The translations under genes were made by a program, and so were the position numbers. Shown one piece after another: positions 8,994 to 19,006 of a DNA stretch of 64,000 bases. Position 1 is the stretch's first letter. Each line of letters begins with the position of its first letter. The notes beneath the pieces were generated by a model. That model did not search any database, was not told where the DNA came from, and was given only the letters and a program-made list of their open reading frames with translations. The stretch comes from an uncultured bacterium (GTDB lineage: Bacteria > Oederibacteriota > PGYV01 > CAWJRG01): the NCBI GenBank assembly GCA_963845185.1, contig CAWJRG010000010.1, positions 389,297-453,296 of the forward strand, written 5' to 3'.

Positions 8994-10292
8994 TTATTGG
9001 ACAGAAATCGAAAATGCCATTGTGCTGTGTGTGCCGTCGCCGACAAGGTCGGTCCTGGTTGCCCCTGTCCAAAAGCATCCGGTATATAACACTGCGGAAC
9101 TTGAAACATAATATCCGGCTATATAGGGCGTGCCTCCTGAGACAAATATCGAAGTTGCCTGACTTCCATATTGGCCCGCGCCTGCGCCTACAGTCAGGTG
9201 GTACTTTACATTTCCTGCCCAGTAACACGGGGTATAAGGCATTATGTCATATCCTGCGGCATATACCGAGCCATCCTGTGTGACATATATTGATTTTACC
9301 CATCCTGCGGTTAAATCCATAGGAGTAAGCCATATACAATTGGCATTCATCCAGTAACACGGGGATTGCGTGCCGCCGGTGTTTAAATCACCGCCAACAT
9401 ACACTGTCCCGTTTGATACAACTACAGAAGATGCTTCAGCACCATTCGGGCTGGTTTGAGGGAGAGCGCCCAGCGCATTTCCATTCCATACGCAGGGCAC
9501 GTAGTTTGTACCGTCATAATAATAACCCGCTGTATATATCGTGCCATTCGCTTCATATATCGAGTTCGCGTATCCGTTTACGCTGTTGCAGTAAAGGTCG
9601 GTTTTTACGCCTCCTGCCCAGTAGCATGGCACGTTAATGGTGCCGTTGCTGTAACCTCCGGCTGCGTATACCGTTCCATTATCGGCAAAAATCGAATTGG
9701 CGTAGCCTCCGCCGCTAAGGTCGGTCCTGATGCCGTTTGCCCAGTAGCATGCGCCGTTAACCAAGCCTCCGCCTATATACATTACACCGCCGGATATGTA
9801 TATTGAAGATGCTGACCCTGCGTTGACCCCGCCGTCAAGGTCGGTCTTTACTGTCCCTGTCCAGTAACACGGGATACTTTTTGTGCCGTTATCATAATTT
9901 CCGCACGTATATACGATGGGTGTTGCGGTCGGCGTCGCTGTAGAGGACACAATTGCCGTCAATGTCGCGCTTGGCTGAATTGCCGTAATTGTTTGTGTTA
10001 TTAAAGCTGTTATTGTCGTGGTTGCAGATGCTGTAAACGGGATTTGCAGGGTATTTGTTTCAGTGAATGTAACACCGAAATTCATTGTTGCGGTTTGCGT
10101 CTGTGTTTTTGGCACGTGCGTATTTGTTGATGTCGGAGTCGCAGCGGGAATGGACGGAGTTTTTGTCAGTGTGCTTATAATTTGTGCAGTATTAGTCGCC
10201 GCAGGCGGCGTCGGCGAAGGCATTTTTTTGCATCCAATGGCGATTATTATCCCGGTTAAAAGTATAAGTGCCGGAATCAGGATTTTTTTCAT
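8994..10292 (-). CDS. Lipoprotein (second N-terminal subfamily, MKKILIPALIL...) with C-terminal Y/CYW-containing beta-propeller-like repeats.
   Basis: Signal peptide plus AIGC lipobox. Repeats G(T)..PCYW.G..TDL ... YA(A)GYY.NGT. Consensus promoter TTGACA-17-TATAAT at 10329-10357 (minus). Confidence 0.6.
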   Translation of the reverse strand: MKKILIPALILLTGIIIAIGCKKMPSPTPPAATNTAQIISTLTKTPSIPAATPTSTNTHVPKTQTQTATMNFGVTFTETNTLQIPFTASATTTITALITQTITAIQPSATLTAIVSSTATPTATPIVYTCGNYDNGTKSIPCYWTGTVKTDLDGGVNAGSASSIYISGGVMYIGGGLVNGACYWANGIRTDLSGGGYANSIFADNGTVYAAGGYSNGTINVPCYWAGGVKTDLYCNSVNGYANSIYEANGTIYTAGYYYDGTNYVPCVWNGNALGALPQTSPNGAEASSVVVSNGTVYVGGDLNTGGTQSPCYWMNANCIWLTPMDLTAGWVKSIYVTQDGSVYAAGYDIMPYTPCYWAGNVKYHLTVGAGAGQYGSQATSIFVSGGTPYIAGYYVSSSAVLYTGCFWTGATRTDLVGDGTHSTMAFSISVQ

Positions 10293-10409
10293 GATTTAAC
10301 CTCCCTTTATTTATTTCGTTCTATAGCAATTATACCCCCTTAAAACCGCCCTGTCAAGCAGGGTAAATCCCGCCAATTTTAAAGAGTACGGGGGGTATTA
10401 TCATTCGTT

Positions 10410-10494
10410 GTAGAGACGTTTTGCAAAACGTCTCTACGTTTAATCATAAATCCTCTTTTATTTAAAGTAGAGACACGCCATGGCGTGTCTCTAC
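10410..10494. repeat. Two 28-bp perfect palindromes with shared arms: GTAGAGAC-GTTTTGCAAAAC-GTCTCTAC (10410-10437) and GTAGAGACACGCC-ATGGCGTGTCTCTAC (10467-10494).
   Basis: Read directly from the sequence. They lie between the terminator of 10604..12229 and the promoter of 8994..10292. Confidence 0.6.
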
Positions 10495-10603
10495 TTATAT
10501 CCCATCCATATAAACAAAAAAGCCCGGAGTTTGACCCGGGCCTTTTATAATTCCTTAATCAACTATCCACTTTCATCTGTTCAACTTTCCCGCGCATCGC
10601 GCG

Positions 10604-12229
10604 TCACTGGCACTGCCTTATCTCTGTCCACGCATGAATGTCGGTTGTGGTCCCGTTGCCAAGCTGCCCGTAACCGTTATACCCTGTGGCCCACAGGCTG
10701 TCATCGTCCTTTAACGCGAGACTATGATAATATCCGCATGATATTGTGCTCACTCCTGTCAGCAATTGCGTCCATGTGGTTAAATTCGTCGTGGTCCCAT
10801 TGCCAAGCTGCCCGACACTATTATATCCCGTTGCCCACAAACTGCCGTCGCTCTTTAGCGCGATGCTATGCTCATCTCCGCATGCTATCGCGCTCACTCC
10901 TGTCAGCACCTGCGTCCATGTATGAATGTCGGTTGTGGTCCCGTTGCCAAGCTGCCCGACAGCGTTATTCCCTGTGACCCACAGGCTGCCGTCGCTCTTT
11001 AACGCGAGGCTATGCAAATATCCGCATGATATCGCGCTCACTCCTGTCAGCACCTGCGTCCATGCATGAATGTCGGCTGTGGTCCCGTTGCCAAGTTGAC
11101 CGGTGACGTTCCACCCCGTGGCCCACAGGCTGCCGTCGCTCTTTAACGCGAGGCTATGGTAGAATCCGCCGGCTATCCCGCTAACTCCTGTCAGCACCTG
11201 TGTCCATGTGTTTAAATTCGTTGTGTTCCCGTTGCCAAGCTGCCCGTAGGGATTATACCCTGTGGCCCACAGGCTTCCGTCGTTCTTTAACGCAAGGCTA
11301 TGATTATATCCACATGATATCGCGCTCACTCCTGTTAAAACCTGCTCCCATGTATTTCTCTGGGTTGTGGTCCCGTCGCCAAGCTGACCGTCGATGTTAT
11401 ACCCGGTAACCCACAGGCTGCCGTCGCTCTTTAAAACTAAACTGTGCTGTGACCCTGCCGCTATGGCGCTCACTCCTGTCAGCACCTGCGTCCATGTGTT
11501 TAGATTCGTTGTGGTCCCGTTGCCAAGCTGACCGTTAGTATTATATCCCGTTGCCCACAAACTGCCGCCGTCCTTTAACGCGAGGCTATTATATACTCCG
11601 CCAGTTATTGACAAAGCCTGGAAAGGCACGCATGTCTGCGTCGGCGTCGAAGTGTACGTGCCTGTCGCCGTGTATCCGGCAGCAGCCGCTGTCTGCTGCT
11701 GCGCAACTATTGTCGCTATTGCCGCCGCTGTCTGCGTCTGGTCCGGTGTATCTATATTAGTAGGTGTTGTTGTTATCGTAGGCGTTATTGTAAAAGTGCC
11801 TGTTGACGTGTACCCGCCCGCTGCTGCTGTCTGCTGCTGCGCAACTATTGTCGCTATTGCCGCCGCTGTCTGCGTAGCATTCGGCGTAAGTGTATTTGTA
11901 TAAGTGCTTGTCGCGGTAAATAAATACGCAATATAAGTTTGCGTTATCGCGGCTATTTTCGTCTGCGTGGCGTTTGCCGCGCCTACTGCTGTGATTATTA
12001 CGGCCACTGTCTGCGTCATATTCGGCGTCATAGTGCTTGTCGGCGTTACAGTGGGTGAATATAATTTTATCACCTGCGTCTGCGTGGCGTTTGCGTTTGC
12101 CTGCGTGGTCATTATAGCGCCGACTGTGCCCTGCACGTCAGGTGTGGACGGTGTTTTTGTCTTTGAACAGGAATTGGAAAGGATTGTGAGTAGTAAAATT
12201 GCGGTTGCGATTATCCCAAACTTTTTCAT
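10604..12229 (-). CDS. Surface lipoprotein, family member: TQA linker plus RCC1-like repeat beta-propeller.
   Basis: Start MKKFGIIATAILLLTILSNSCSKTKTPSTPDVQGTVGAI at 12229. Seven repeats of the type GQLGNGTTT....W, characteristic of RCC1/ATS1-like proteins. Confidence 0.75.
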   Translation of the reverse strand: MKKFGIIATAILLLTILSNSCSKTKTPSTPDVQGTVGAIMTTQANANATQTQVIKLYSPTVTPTSTMTPNMTQTVAVIITAVGAANATQTKIAAITQTYIAYLFTATSTYTNTLTPNATQTAAAIATIVAQQQTAAAGGYTSTGTFTITPTITTTPTNIDTPDQTQTAAAIATIVAQQQTAAAAGYTATGTYTSTPTQTCVPFQALSITGGVYNSLALKDGGSLWATGYNTNGQLGNGTTTNLNTWTQVLTGVSAIAAGSQHSLVLKSDGSLWVTGYNIDGQLGDGTTTQRNTWEQVLTGVSAISCGYNHSLALKNDGSLWATGYNPYGQLGNGNTTNLNTWTQVLTGVSGIAGGFYHSLALKSDGSLWATGWNVTGQLGNGTTADIHAWTQVLTGVSAISCGYLHSLALKSDGSLWVTGNNAVGQLGNGTTTDIHTWTQVLTGVSAIACGDEHSIALKSDGSLWATGYNSVGQLGNGTTTNLTTWTQLLTGVSTISCGYYHSLALKDDDSLWATGYNGYGQLGNGTTTDIHAWTEIRQCQ

Positions 12230-12344
12230 GATTAATGCCTCCCTTTTAATATTTTCATATATTTTATCATTTATCCCGTTTCTGTCAAACAAAAAAGCCC
12301 GGAACTTCCGTCCGGGCTTAGATAATATTTATAATTTGCTGTTA

Positions 12345-13877
12345 TTATTGGCGTGTAACAACACGTATGCCGTTGCCAACTATAGATGAGTCGGCCGGGA
12401 AGTCGTCCCAACGGAAGCCAACCTGGAGGTTGGACGCGTCATAGTGATAGTTACCACCCCTCATTATACGGTTAGAGCCGCTCGTTGCGCCTTTATAATC
12501 AATTTCACCAGCGGCAGGATAAGCCGCATACCAATCCCAGCACCACTCGTATAAATTGCCCGACATATCATAGATGCCCAGGGCATTTGGCGCTTTAGTG
12601 CCCACAGGCTGTGTTCCGCCGCTTGCATTAAAAAGAAACCACGCTACAAGCGCAGTTGCTGTCGTGTCAGAATAAACGTCTGTTGCGCCGCTTGCATAGT
12701 TGGGCGGAGTGCCTGTATAACTTGCCGCGTACTGGTACTCGCCTTCTGTAGGCAGCCTGTAACCGTTCGCGGCCCAGTTCACATACGGATTATCAAAACA
12801 TCCGGCGGCAGTACAGGTAGTAGTGCTATAGCTCCCGCTTACAGATGATGTAATTGGCTGGGCAAATGCCGAGTCATAATAGTAAACAGGCGTTAAACCC
12901 TTATATTGGCTATATGCGTTACACCACACTATGGCATCCCTCCAGTTTATCTTTGTTACCGGCTGATTTACAGTAACCGGCGCTGCCCCGGGTGTCCCGC
13001 TGCCTGCCTCCTCCATGCCATAATTTTGAAATGCATAACTTGTGGCCCATATGCGCACCGTGTACCATAAATTATAGGTCAGCAGGTATTTCCCTATATT
13101 AAAAGCAGAAATTGTATGCGCAAAACTGTTTCCGCTTGTATCTTCCTGTACATATGTCCCGCCCGGAACCGAAACAAGTACTGAATAATCAATCGTAGCA
13201 GTTGGTGTTGCCGTAAAAGTAGGCGTCACTGTTGGTGTAGCCGTTATCGTCGTTGTAGCTGTCCATAAAGCCGCTGCTGCTGTCTGCTGCTGGGCCACTA
13301 TCGTCGCTATTGCCGCGGCTGTCTGCGTCTGGTCCGGCGTATTTATGTTGGTAGGTGTTGCTGTTATTGTAGGCGTTATTGTAACAGTGCATGTCGCGGT
13401 ATATCCGACTGCCGCTGCTGTTTGCTGCTGCGCAATCATTGTCAAAATCGAAGCGGCTGTCTGTGTCGCGTTCGGCGTCAACGTATTTGTAAAAGTGCTT
13501 GTCGCGGTATATCCGGCCGCTGCTGCTGTCTGTTGCTGCGCTATTATAGTAAGTACAGCTGCCTGCGTAAGCGCCACATTCGGCGTGCCGGTGGCAGTAT
13601 ACCCTGCTGAAATAGCTGTCTGCTGCTGGGCAATCATTGTGAGCACTGCCGCTTCTGTCTGGGCAATGTTCGGTGTCGCGCTGATTGTCGGAGTCGATGT
13701 CGGCGAATACAGCTTTATTATTTCTGTCTGTGTGGCGTTTGTCCCTGCTGCCGCTGTCAATGCCGCGTTTACCGTAGCTGCCACATTTGGCGTGGACGGG
13801 TTGTTTGTTTTCGAGCAGGAATTGGAAAGGATTGCGAATAATAGAATTCCGGCTGCGATTATCCCGGGCTTTTTCAT
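12345..13877 (-). CDS. Surface lipoprotein, family member: TQA linker plus FGE-sulfatase (SUMF1-like) domain. Paralog of 2274..3254.
   Basis: Start MKKPGIIAAGILLFAILSNSCSKT at 13877. Motifs GYRLPTEGEYQYAAS and GIYDMSGNLYEWCWD. The N-terminal ~450 nt are about 90% identical to 6957..8810. Confidence 0.75.
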   Translation of the reverse strand: MKKPGIIAAGILLFAILSNSCSKTNNPSTPNVAATVNAALTAAAGTNATQTEIIKLYSPTSTPTISATPNIAQTEAAVLTMIAQQQTAISAGYTATGTPNVALTQAAVLTIIAQQQTAAAAGYTATSTFTNTLTPNATQTAASILTMIAQQQTAAAVGYTATCTVTITPTITATPTNINTPDQTQTAAAIATIVAQQQTAAAALWTATTTITATPTVTPTFTATPTATIDYSVLVSVPGGTYVQEDTSGNSFAHTISAFNIGKYLLTYNLWYTVRIWATSYAFQNYGMEEAGSGTPGAAPVTVNQPVTKINWRDAIVWCNAYSQYKGLTPVYYYDSAFAQPITSSVSGSYSTTTCTAAGCFDNPYVNWAANGYRLPTEGEYQYAASYTGTPPNYASGATDVYSDTTATALVAWFLFNASGGTQPVGTKAPNALGIYDMSGNLYEWCWDWYAAYPAAGEIDYKGATSGSNRIMRGGNYHYDASNLQVGFRWDDFPADSSIVGNGIRVVTRQ

Positions 13878-14096
13878 GATTAATGCCTCCCTTTAAATAA
13901 TTTTCATATATTTTATCATTTACTCCGCCCCTGTCAAACAAAAAAAGCCCGGAGCTTTCGCCCCGGGGCTGTTGTTTTTAATATTATTCCATTTGGCATT
14001 TCTTTAATATTTCCTTCCGAACATCTTTAAGAACTATGTTTGAACTCTTTTTGAACTCCTTGCGGACATCCTCAAAGAACTCTTTCCGGGCGTTAT

Positions 14097-15332
14097 TTAG
14101 GTTTGATGCTGTTTTTCCAGTATTTTTTCCGTATTCATAAAAAATTCTTCTGCTTCAAGACATTTCGTATCTGATTTATCATGTTTTTTCATGAAAGACA
14201 CAACAACTTTTTCCGTGTTTTTATACCTGTTCGAAAAAATATCCAGCGCAGCCGCGGCCTTGCCTGGATCCCCGGATTTTACTTCCACTGCAATGAGTCT
14301 GCCGCCTATGCTTAATACATAATCAACCTCAAAGTCTCTTTCACGCCAATAAAACAGCTCTCCGCCCTGTTCCTGGGCCAGCCAGTATAATCTGGAACCG
14401 ACAGCGTTTTCAAACAGCCTTCCCCGGTAAGCAAGGTCTTTAAACGATTGTTTAAAAGTACGGTTGTTTACGACGCTTATTATTGAATTATCAAGGGAAA
14501 GTATTTTGGGGCTTGAACTTTTCTGTTTTATCCTGCTTCCGCTGTATTTATCAAGCGGAACAAGAAAAAAAGCATTTGCCATTAATCTTAAATAAAAAGC
14601 TATTGTGGTGGTGTTACCCGCATCCTGCAGTTGCCCCAGCATTTTTTGATAACTGAGTATTTCAGCAGGGTGATTAAGGCAAAGCGCAAAAGCCTGCCTT
14701 AACAAAGCAGGTTTTGTGACCGGATTCATAAGCAGGACATCTTTTGCTATTACAGTTTCAATTATGGCGTCCTTTATATATATTGCCCATCGTCTTATAT
14801 TTTTTCTGATTTTTGCGGCCCCGGGATACCCGCCGTAATAAATATAATCATTTAGGGTAAATTTAAAAAATTCTTTGCACTCCTCATAAGACCAGTGGCT
14901 GTGCCTGTTTATTTCAAATCTTCCGGCAAGGCTTTCTGTCAATCCGCGCTGCATTAACAAAGATGACGAGCCTAAAATTACTATTCTTACGCGTGCCTGT
15001 TCTCTTTCATTCTTATCGTAAACATATTTTAGAGTATTGCTCCACCCGGGTATTTTCTGTATTTCATCTATTATTAACAACGTCTCGCGCTTAATCCGTT
15101 TCGCGGCATCGGCGGCAGTGTTATTTAATTCAATTATCCAGTTTCTGCTCTCCGCGCCGGGCGCGTCTGCGGTCGCGTAAAAACTCGGCCCCTTCCAACT
15201 GTCTTTAATCTGCAATACGAGCGTAGTTTTGCCCGTCTGCCTAGGCCCAATTAAAGCCTGTATAAACCGCGGCCCCCGGTTTAATTTTCCATTTATCTCT
15301 TTGTACTGTTTTTTCCGCAAATATATTTTCAT
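14097..15332 (-). CDS. AAA+ ATPase of the AAA_14 + DUF4143 family.
   Basis: Walker A GPRQTGKTT near the N-terminus, ~410 aa, typical architecture of the DUF4143 ATPase family. Confidence 0.7.
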   Translation of the reverse strand: MKIYLRKKQYKEINGKLNRGPRFIQALIGPRQTGKTTLVLQIKDSWKGPSFYATADAPGAESRNWIIELNNTAADAAKRIKRETLLIIDEIQKIPGWSNTLKYVYDKNEREQARVRIVILGSSSLLMQRGLTESLAGRFEINRHSHWSYEECKEFFKFTLNDYIYYGGYPGAAKIRKNIRRWAIYIKDAIIETVIAKDVLLMNPVTKPALLRQAFALCLNHPAEILSYQKMLGQLQDAGNTTTIAFYLRLMANAFFLVPLDKYSGSRIKQKSSSPKILSLDNSIISVVNNRTFKQSFKDLAYRGRLFENAVGSRLYWLAQEQGGELFYWRERDFEVDYVLSIGGRLIAVEVKSGDPGKAAAALDIFSNRYKNTEKVVVSFMKKHDKSDTKCLEAEEFFMNTEKILEKQHQT

Positions 15333-15399
15333 TGTGTTTTATTCTATCACGCGCTAAAAACCTTGTCAACAATTTGCTCAGTCAATTGAGCAAATTGCA

Positions 15400-16325
15400 G
15401 TTCAATATTATACGCAAATAGTACTATCCCTGACTATTCCCCGGGTTATTCGACGGATAAAAGTCATCGTGATACTCCAAAATATGTTTTTTTCAAAAGG
15501 CAAAGAGGAGTGCTCAACTATTATAAATCTCCCTGCGGCAGAGACCGCAGGGTATTCTAAAGGCATTGATGATTTGAGTAACCTACGGTTTCTCAAACTC
15601 TTCCCTTACAAGGAAACCCCGTGGCAAGACCGACGGGGAATATGTTTATTTAATCTGTCCAGACTGTAATCGAGTAGGAGTCTGGCGATTAGTTCACCAG
15701 CCGTCCTCTCACACCACCCTGCATGCGGTTCCGCACAGGGCGGTTCCTGAAAATTATAAACAATTTATGCAGCTAACGGTTTATCCTTCAACCATCCGTT
15801 TCCTGACATCTTTTGTTCCGGGTTACTTAACTCTGCGTTTAGTCCTGGCTCGATTGACACACTCGTTAACATCCATGGCTGATTCCGTCAGCCTCCTATG
15901 TGCAGAGCGGAGGGTTTCTATCCTCTCTTGCTGCGTCTCCTCGTCCTGTAGGTTTCAAAGTTTCTTTTTCTCCCTGTTTTCAAGTTCTGCCCTTCGTTTG
16001 TGGCCTCAAACTACTATGGCTTCTGCTGACTCCTCGAATTTTCCTTCGAGGTCTCCCCAGATATCACACTCCCGCTTTCACGCTTATGCCTGCCGCATCT
16101 ACGTCCGTACCTCCCGTGCAAGTACTGGACTTTAGAGACATTGGCCTCCTCATCCGATACGTCCGCCTTATATGCGGTTTCTGTTCGTCAGGCCAGCGCT
16201 TTGCCTTTGGCTTCCTGCGGATTCCACCTCACGGTGGACACCCTTGCCATTAAGCTAACGATTCCCCTTGCCGGGTTCGTGAGGAACTTTCATCCCTTAT
16301 CGGATGTGCGCTGCTGGGCGTACCA
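15400..16325 (-). ncRNA. Non-coding region whose minus strand shows ordered, highly divergent similarity to the 5' domain (about the first 700 nt) of bacterial 23S rRNA. Either an rRNA relic or a structured ncRNA.
   Basis: No credible ORF. Motifs in the right order on the minus strand: ccaccgtgaggtggaatcc (cf. ACGGTGGATGCC), gcataagcgtgaaagcgggagtgtgatat (cf. GCGATAAGCGTCGGTAAGGTGATAT), gaacttgaaaacagggagaaaaagaaac (cf. GAACTGAAACATCTAAGTA..GAGGAAAAGAAA), gccaggactaaac (cf. CCAAGGCTAAATAC), agtctggacagatta (cf. GGGTCAGCGACTTA). Identity is far below normal 23S conservation. Confidence 0.35.
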
Positions 16326-16518
16326 AACAAAAAGCCCGGACTTTCGCCCGGGCCTTTTGCTTTATATTATTCTATTCTGTATTCTGCATTCAGCAAACCA
16401 TCCAACCCTCCGGCCTTCCATTCCTCCGCCTTTATTGCCCCGGGCTTATTACTTTTGCTTTATTCTATATTATATATGGCCTTTGGAATACCGATTACCA
16501 AATTCCAAATCTAAAATA

Positions 16519-16941
16519 TTACGGTTTGAACACTTCAACTATATTATTCCCATAATCTGCGACATACACGTTCCCGCTGCTGTCTACTGCTATTCCTTCA
16601 GGTGCAGAAAACTGCCCGTTACCGGTGCAGCAGCTGCCCCAGGAAGTCACAAACATCGCGGTCATGGTAGCTGTTGCGTTTGCGTTGGCTACCATGGTGC
16701 ATATTGCCTGGGCCGTCTGTGTAGCGTTCGGCTAGGCAGTTGACGTTGCCGTGACTGTCGGCGTGTGCGCGGCCACGGTCTGCGTCTCCTGCGCCGCCAT
16801 CTGCGTGTCCACCGTCGCCTGCACGTTCTGCGTGGGCTGGGGCGTCGGTGCCGCAGGGTTGCTGGACTTGGAGCACGCCGGAATAATAACCATTATTAAA
16901 ATTGTGGTGAAAGTTAAGAGCGCAAATCTGTTTTTTATCAT
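16519..16941 (-). pseudogene. Short lipoprotein plus single NHL repeat paralog, carrying the identical in-frame TAG (16731-16733) as 6317..6883.
   Basis: About 180 nt identical to 6600-6790 except a 9-nt indel. N-terminus MIKNRFALLTFTTILIMVIIPACSK. C-terminal part MVANANATATMTAMFVTSWGS...NNIVEVFKP. Confidence 0.55.
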
Positions 16942-16990
16942 TTCAACTCCTCCTATTTATTTCGCCGTATATTTTAAAAACAGCGAAATT

Positions 16991-18838
16991 CTATTGGCTG
17001 AACACCTCTACATACGGGTCGGCATCCGGATCAACAACATACACTTTGCCGCTGTTGCCAACGGCAATGGCCCACGGATACGCAAACTGCACCGAACTGC
17101 CCCACATTGTTATAAAATCCAGGTTTGACGTAAATTTCTGCACATCTAAACCTTGAAGATCAACGACATACACATTTCCGCTATTGTCCACTGTTACTCC
17201 CTGGGGATTCTCAAACTGCCCTGGCCCGTTCCCATAAGTTCCCCCAATCCCTTGTACAAATACTCCCATTGACGTGAATTTCCATAGCCCTTCGAGATTA
17301 ACTACATATACATAATTTCCGCTGTTGTCTATGGCTATTCCTGCTGGGAAAGTAGAACTTGTCCAAAGAGGATAACTCCACGACTTTATTAACTCTCCCG
17401 TTGGCGAATATTCCATGACATTATAGCCGGCAAAGACATAGATGTTGCCACTGTTGTCTACTGCTATTGTTTTATTGTCAGTAATACCAGCCAGTGTTTT
17501 TATGCATTCACCTGTTGATGTGAATTCAAATACTCCGCCATTATCAATTAAATAAACATTACCGCTGTTGTCCACCGTTATTCCATCAGGTGGCATATAA
17601 AAATTCCAGCCGCAGGCGCTGCCGTCCCATGCAATTATAAATTGACCGGCTGACGTAAACTCCTCTATTCTCTTATTGCCTGAGTCCGAGACATACACAT
17701 TCCCGTTGTTTTTGTTTACGGCCACGCCACCGGGAACGTAAAGCTGCCCGTCTCCGGAACCGGGGCTGCCCCATGCCGACATGTTCATTGCGGTCATTGT
17801 TGCCGTTTCCTGCGCATTCACCTGCGCTGTTGCCGTTGCCTGCGCATTTGCCTGTGCTGTGGCTGTTTCCTGTGCCTGCGCCTGCGCCGTTTCCGCTGCC
17901 TGTTCCGTCGCAGTTTCTGCCGGTGGCAGCGCTGCCGCTGTCTGCGTCGCCTGCGCCTGCGCTGTTGCTGTGCCAACCACCTGCGCTGTTAACTCTGCCT
18001 GCGCTGCGGCTGTCGCCTGCGCCTGTGCCGTTGCTGTGCCAACCACCTGCGCCGTTAACTCTGCCTGAGCCTGCGTTGTGGCCGTTGCCTGCACCTGCAT
18101 TATGGCAGTTAAAGTTGCCTGCGCCTGCGCCGTTGCGCCTGCCGTCAGCAGTATTACAGCTGTCTGTGTAGCCGGCGCCTCTGCCGTCTGCTGTGCCTGC
18201 GCGGTTGCTGTTTCCTGCGTCTGAATTGCCGCTGCTGTCTGCTGCTGCGCCACTATCGTGGCTATTGCCGCCGCTGTCTGCGTCGCGTTTGGCGTAAGAG
18301 TATATGTATCAGCCAGCACAGCGGTATAAGTACTTGTTGCGCTGTACCCTGCCGCCGCCGCTGTCTGCTGCTGCGCAACTATTGTCGCGATCGCGGCTGC
18401 TGTCTGCGTGGCATTCGGCGTGAGCGTGAAAGTAAATGTAGGCGTCGCGGTATATCCTGCCGCGCCTGCCGTCTGCTGCTGGGCTACAAGCGTCAAAATT
18501 GCCGCTGCTGTCTGCGTAGCGTTCAGCGTCGGGGTAAGCGTAAATGTTACTGTAACGGTATATCCTGCCGCGCCCGCTGTCTGCTGCTGGGCTACAAGCG
18601 TCAAAATTGCCGCTGCTGTCTGCGTAGCGTTCGGAGTATCCGTGATTGTCGGCGTATTTGTCGGTGAATACAGCTTTATTATCATTGTCTGAGTGGCGTT
18701 TGCGTTTGCCTGCGTGGTCATTATTGCGCCGACCGTGCCCTGCACATCGGGCGTGGACGGTGTTTTTGTTTTCGAGCAGGAATTGGAAAGGATTGCGAAT
18801 AATAGAATTCCGACTGCGATTATACCGAACTTTTTCAT
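16991..18838 (-). CDS. Surface lipoprotein, family member: TQA and Ala/Gln/Thr-rich linker plus NHL-type beta-propeller.
   Basis: Start MKKFGIIAVGILLFAILSNSCSKTKTPSTPDVQGTVGAI at 18838. NKRIEEFTSAG motif. Long AQAQATATAQ low-complexity stretch. Confidence 0.7.
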   Translation of the reverse strand: MKKFGIIAVGILLFAILSNSCSKTKTPSTPDVQGTVGAIMTTQANANATQTMIIKLYSPTNTPTITDTPNATQTAAAILTLVAQQQTAGAAGYTVTVTFTLTPTLNATQTAAAILTLVAQQQTAGAAGYTATPTFTFTLTPNATQTAAAIATIVAQQQTAAAAGYSATSTYTAVLADTYTLTPNATQTAAAIATIVAQQQTAAAIQTQETATAQAQQTAEAPATQTAVILLTAGATAQAQATLTAIMQVQATATTQAQAELTAQVVGTATAQAQATAAAQAELTAQVVGTATAQAQATQTAAALPPAETATEQAAETAQAQAQETATAQANAQATATAQVNAQETATMTAMNMSAWGSPGSGDGQLYVPGGVAVNKNNGNVYVSDSGNKRIEEFTSAGQFIIAWDGSACGWNFYMPPDGITVDNSGNVYLIDNGGVFEFTSTGECIKTLAGITDNKTIAVDNSGNIYVFAGYNVMEYSPTGELIKSWSYPLWTSSTFPAGIAIDNSGNYVYVVNLEGLWKFTSMGVFVQGIGGTYGNGPGQFENPQGVTVDNSGNVYVVDLQGLDVQKFTSNLDFITMWGSSVQFAYPWAIAVGNSGKVYVVDPDADPYVEVFSQ

Positions 18839-19006
18839 GATTAATTCCTCCCTTTTAATGTTTTCTATATTTTATCACTTATCCCGCTTCTGTCAAACAA
18901 AAAAGCCCGGAGTCTATGCCCCGGGCCTGTTGTTTTTGCATTTATCTATTCTGTATTCGGCATTCAGCATTCAAGCATTCGAATCCAGAATCCCAAATCT
19001 TAAAGA

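Noticed and set aside
13189-13941. 250-aa minus-strand ORF overlapping gene 12345..13877 in another frame
   Set aside because: Arg/Asp/Ser/Tyr-rich translation of low-complexity repeat DNA. The alternative frame carries the conserved lipoprotein signal and SUMF1 motifs.
15767-16743. Plus ORFs 15767..16135, 15900..16253 and 16141..16743
   Set aside because: They overlap the rRNA-like non-coding stretch, have no RBS and give Ser/Leu/Pro-rich junk translations.
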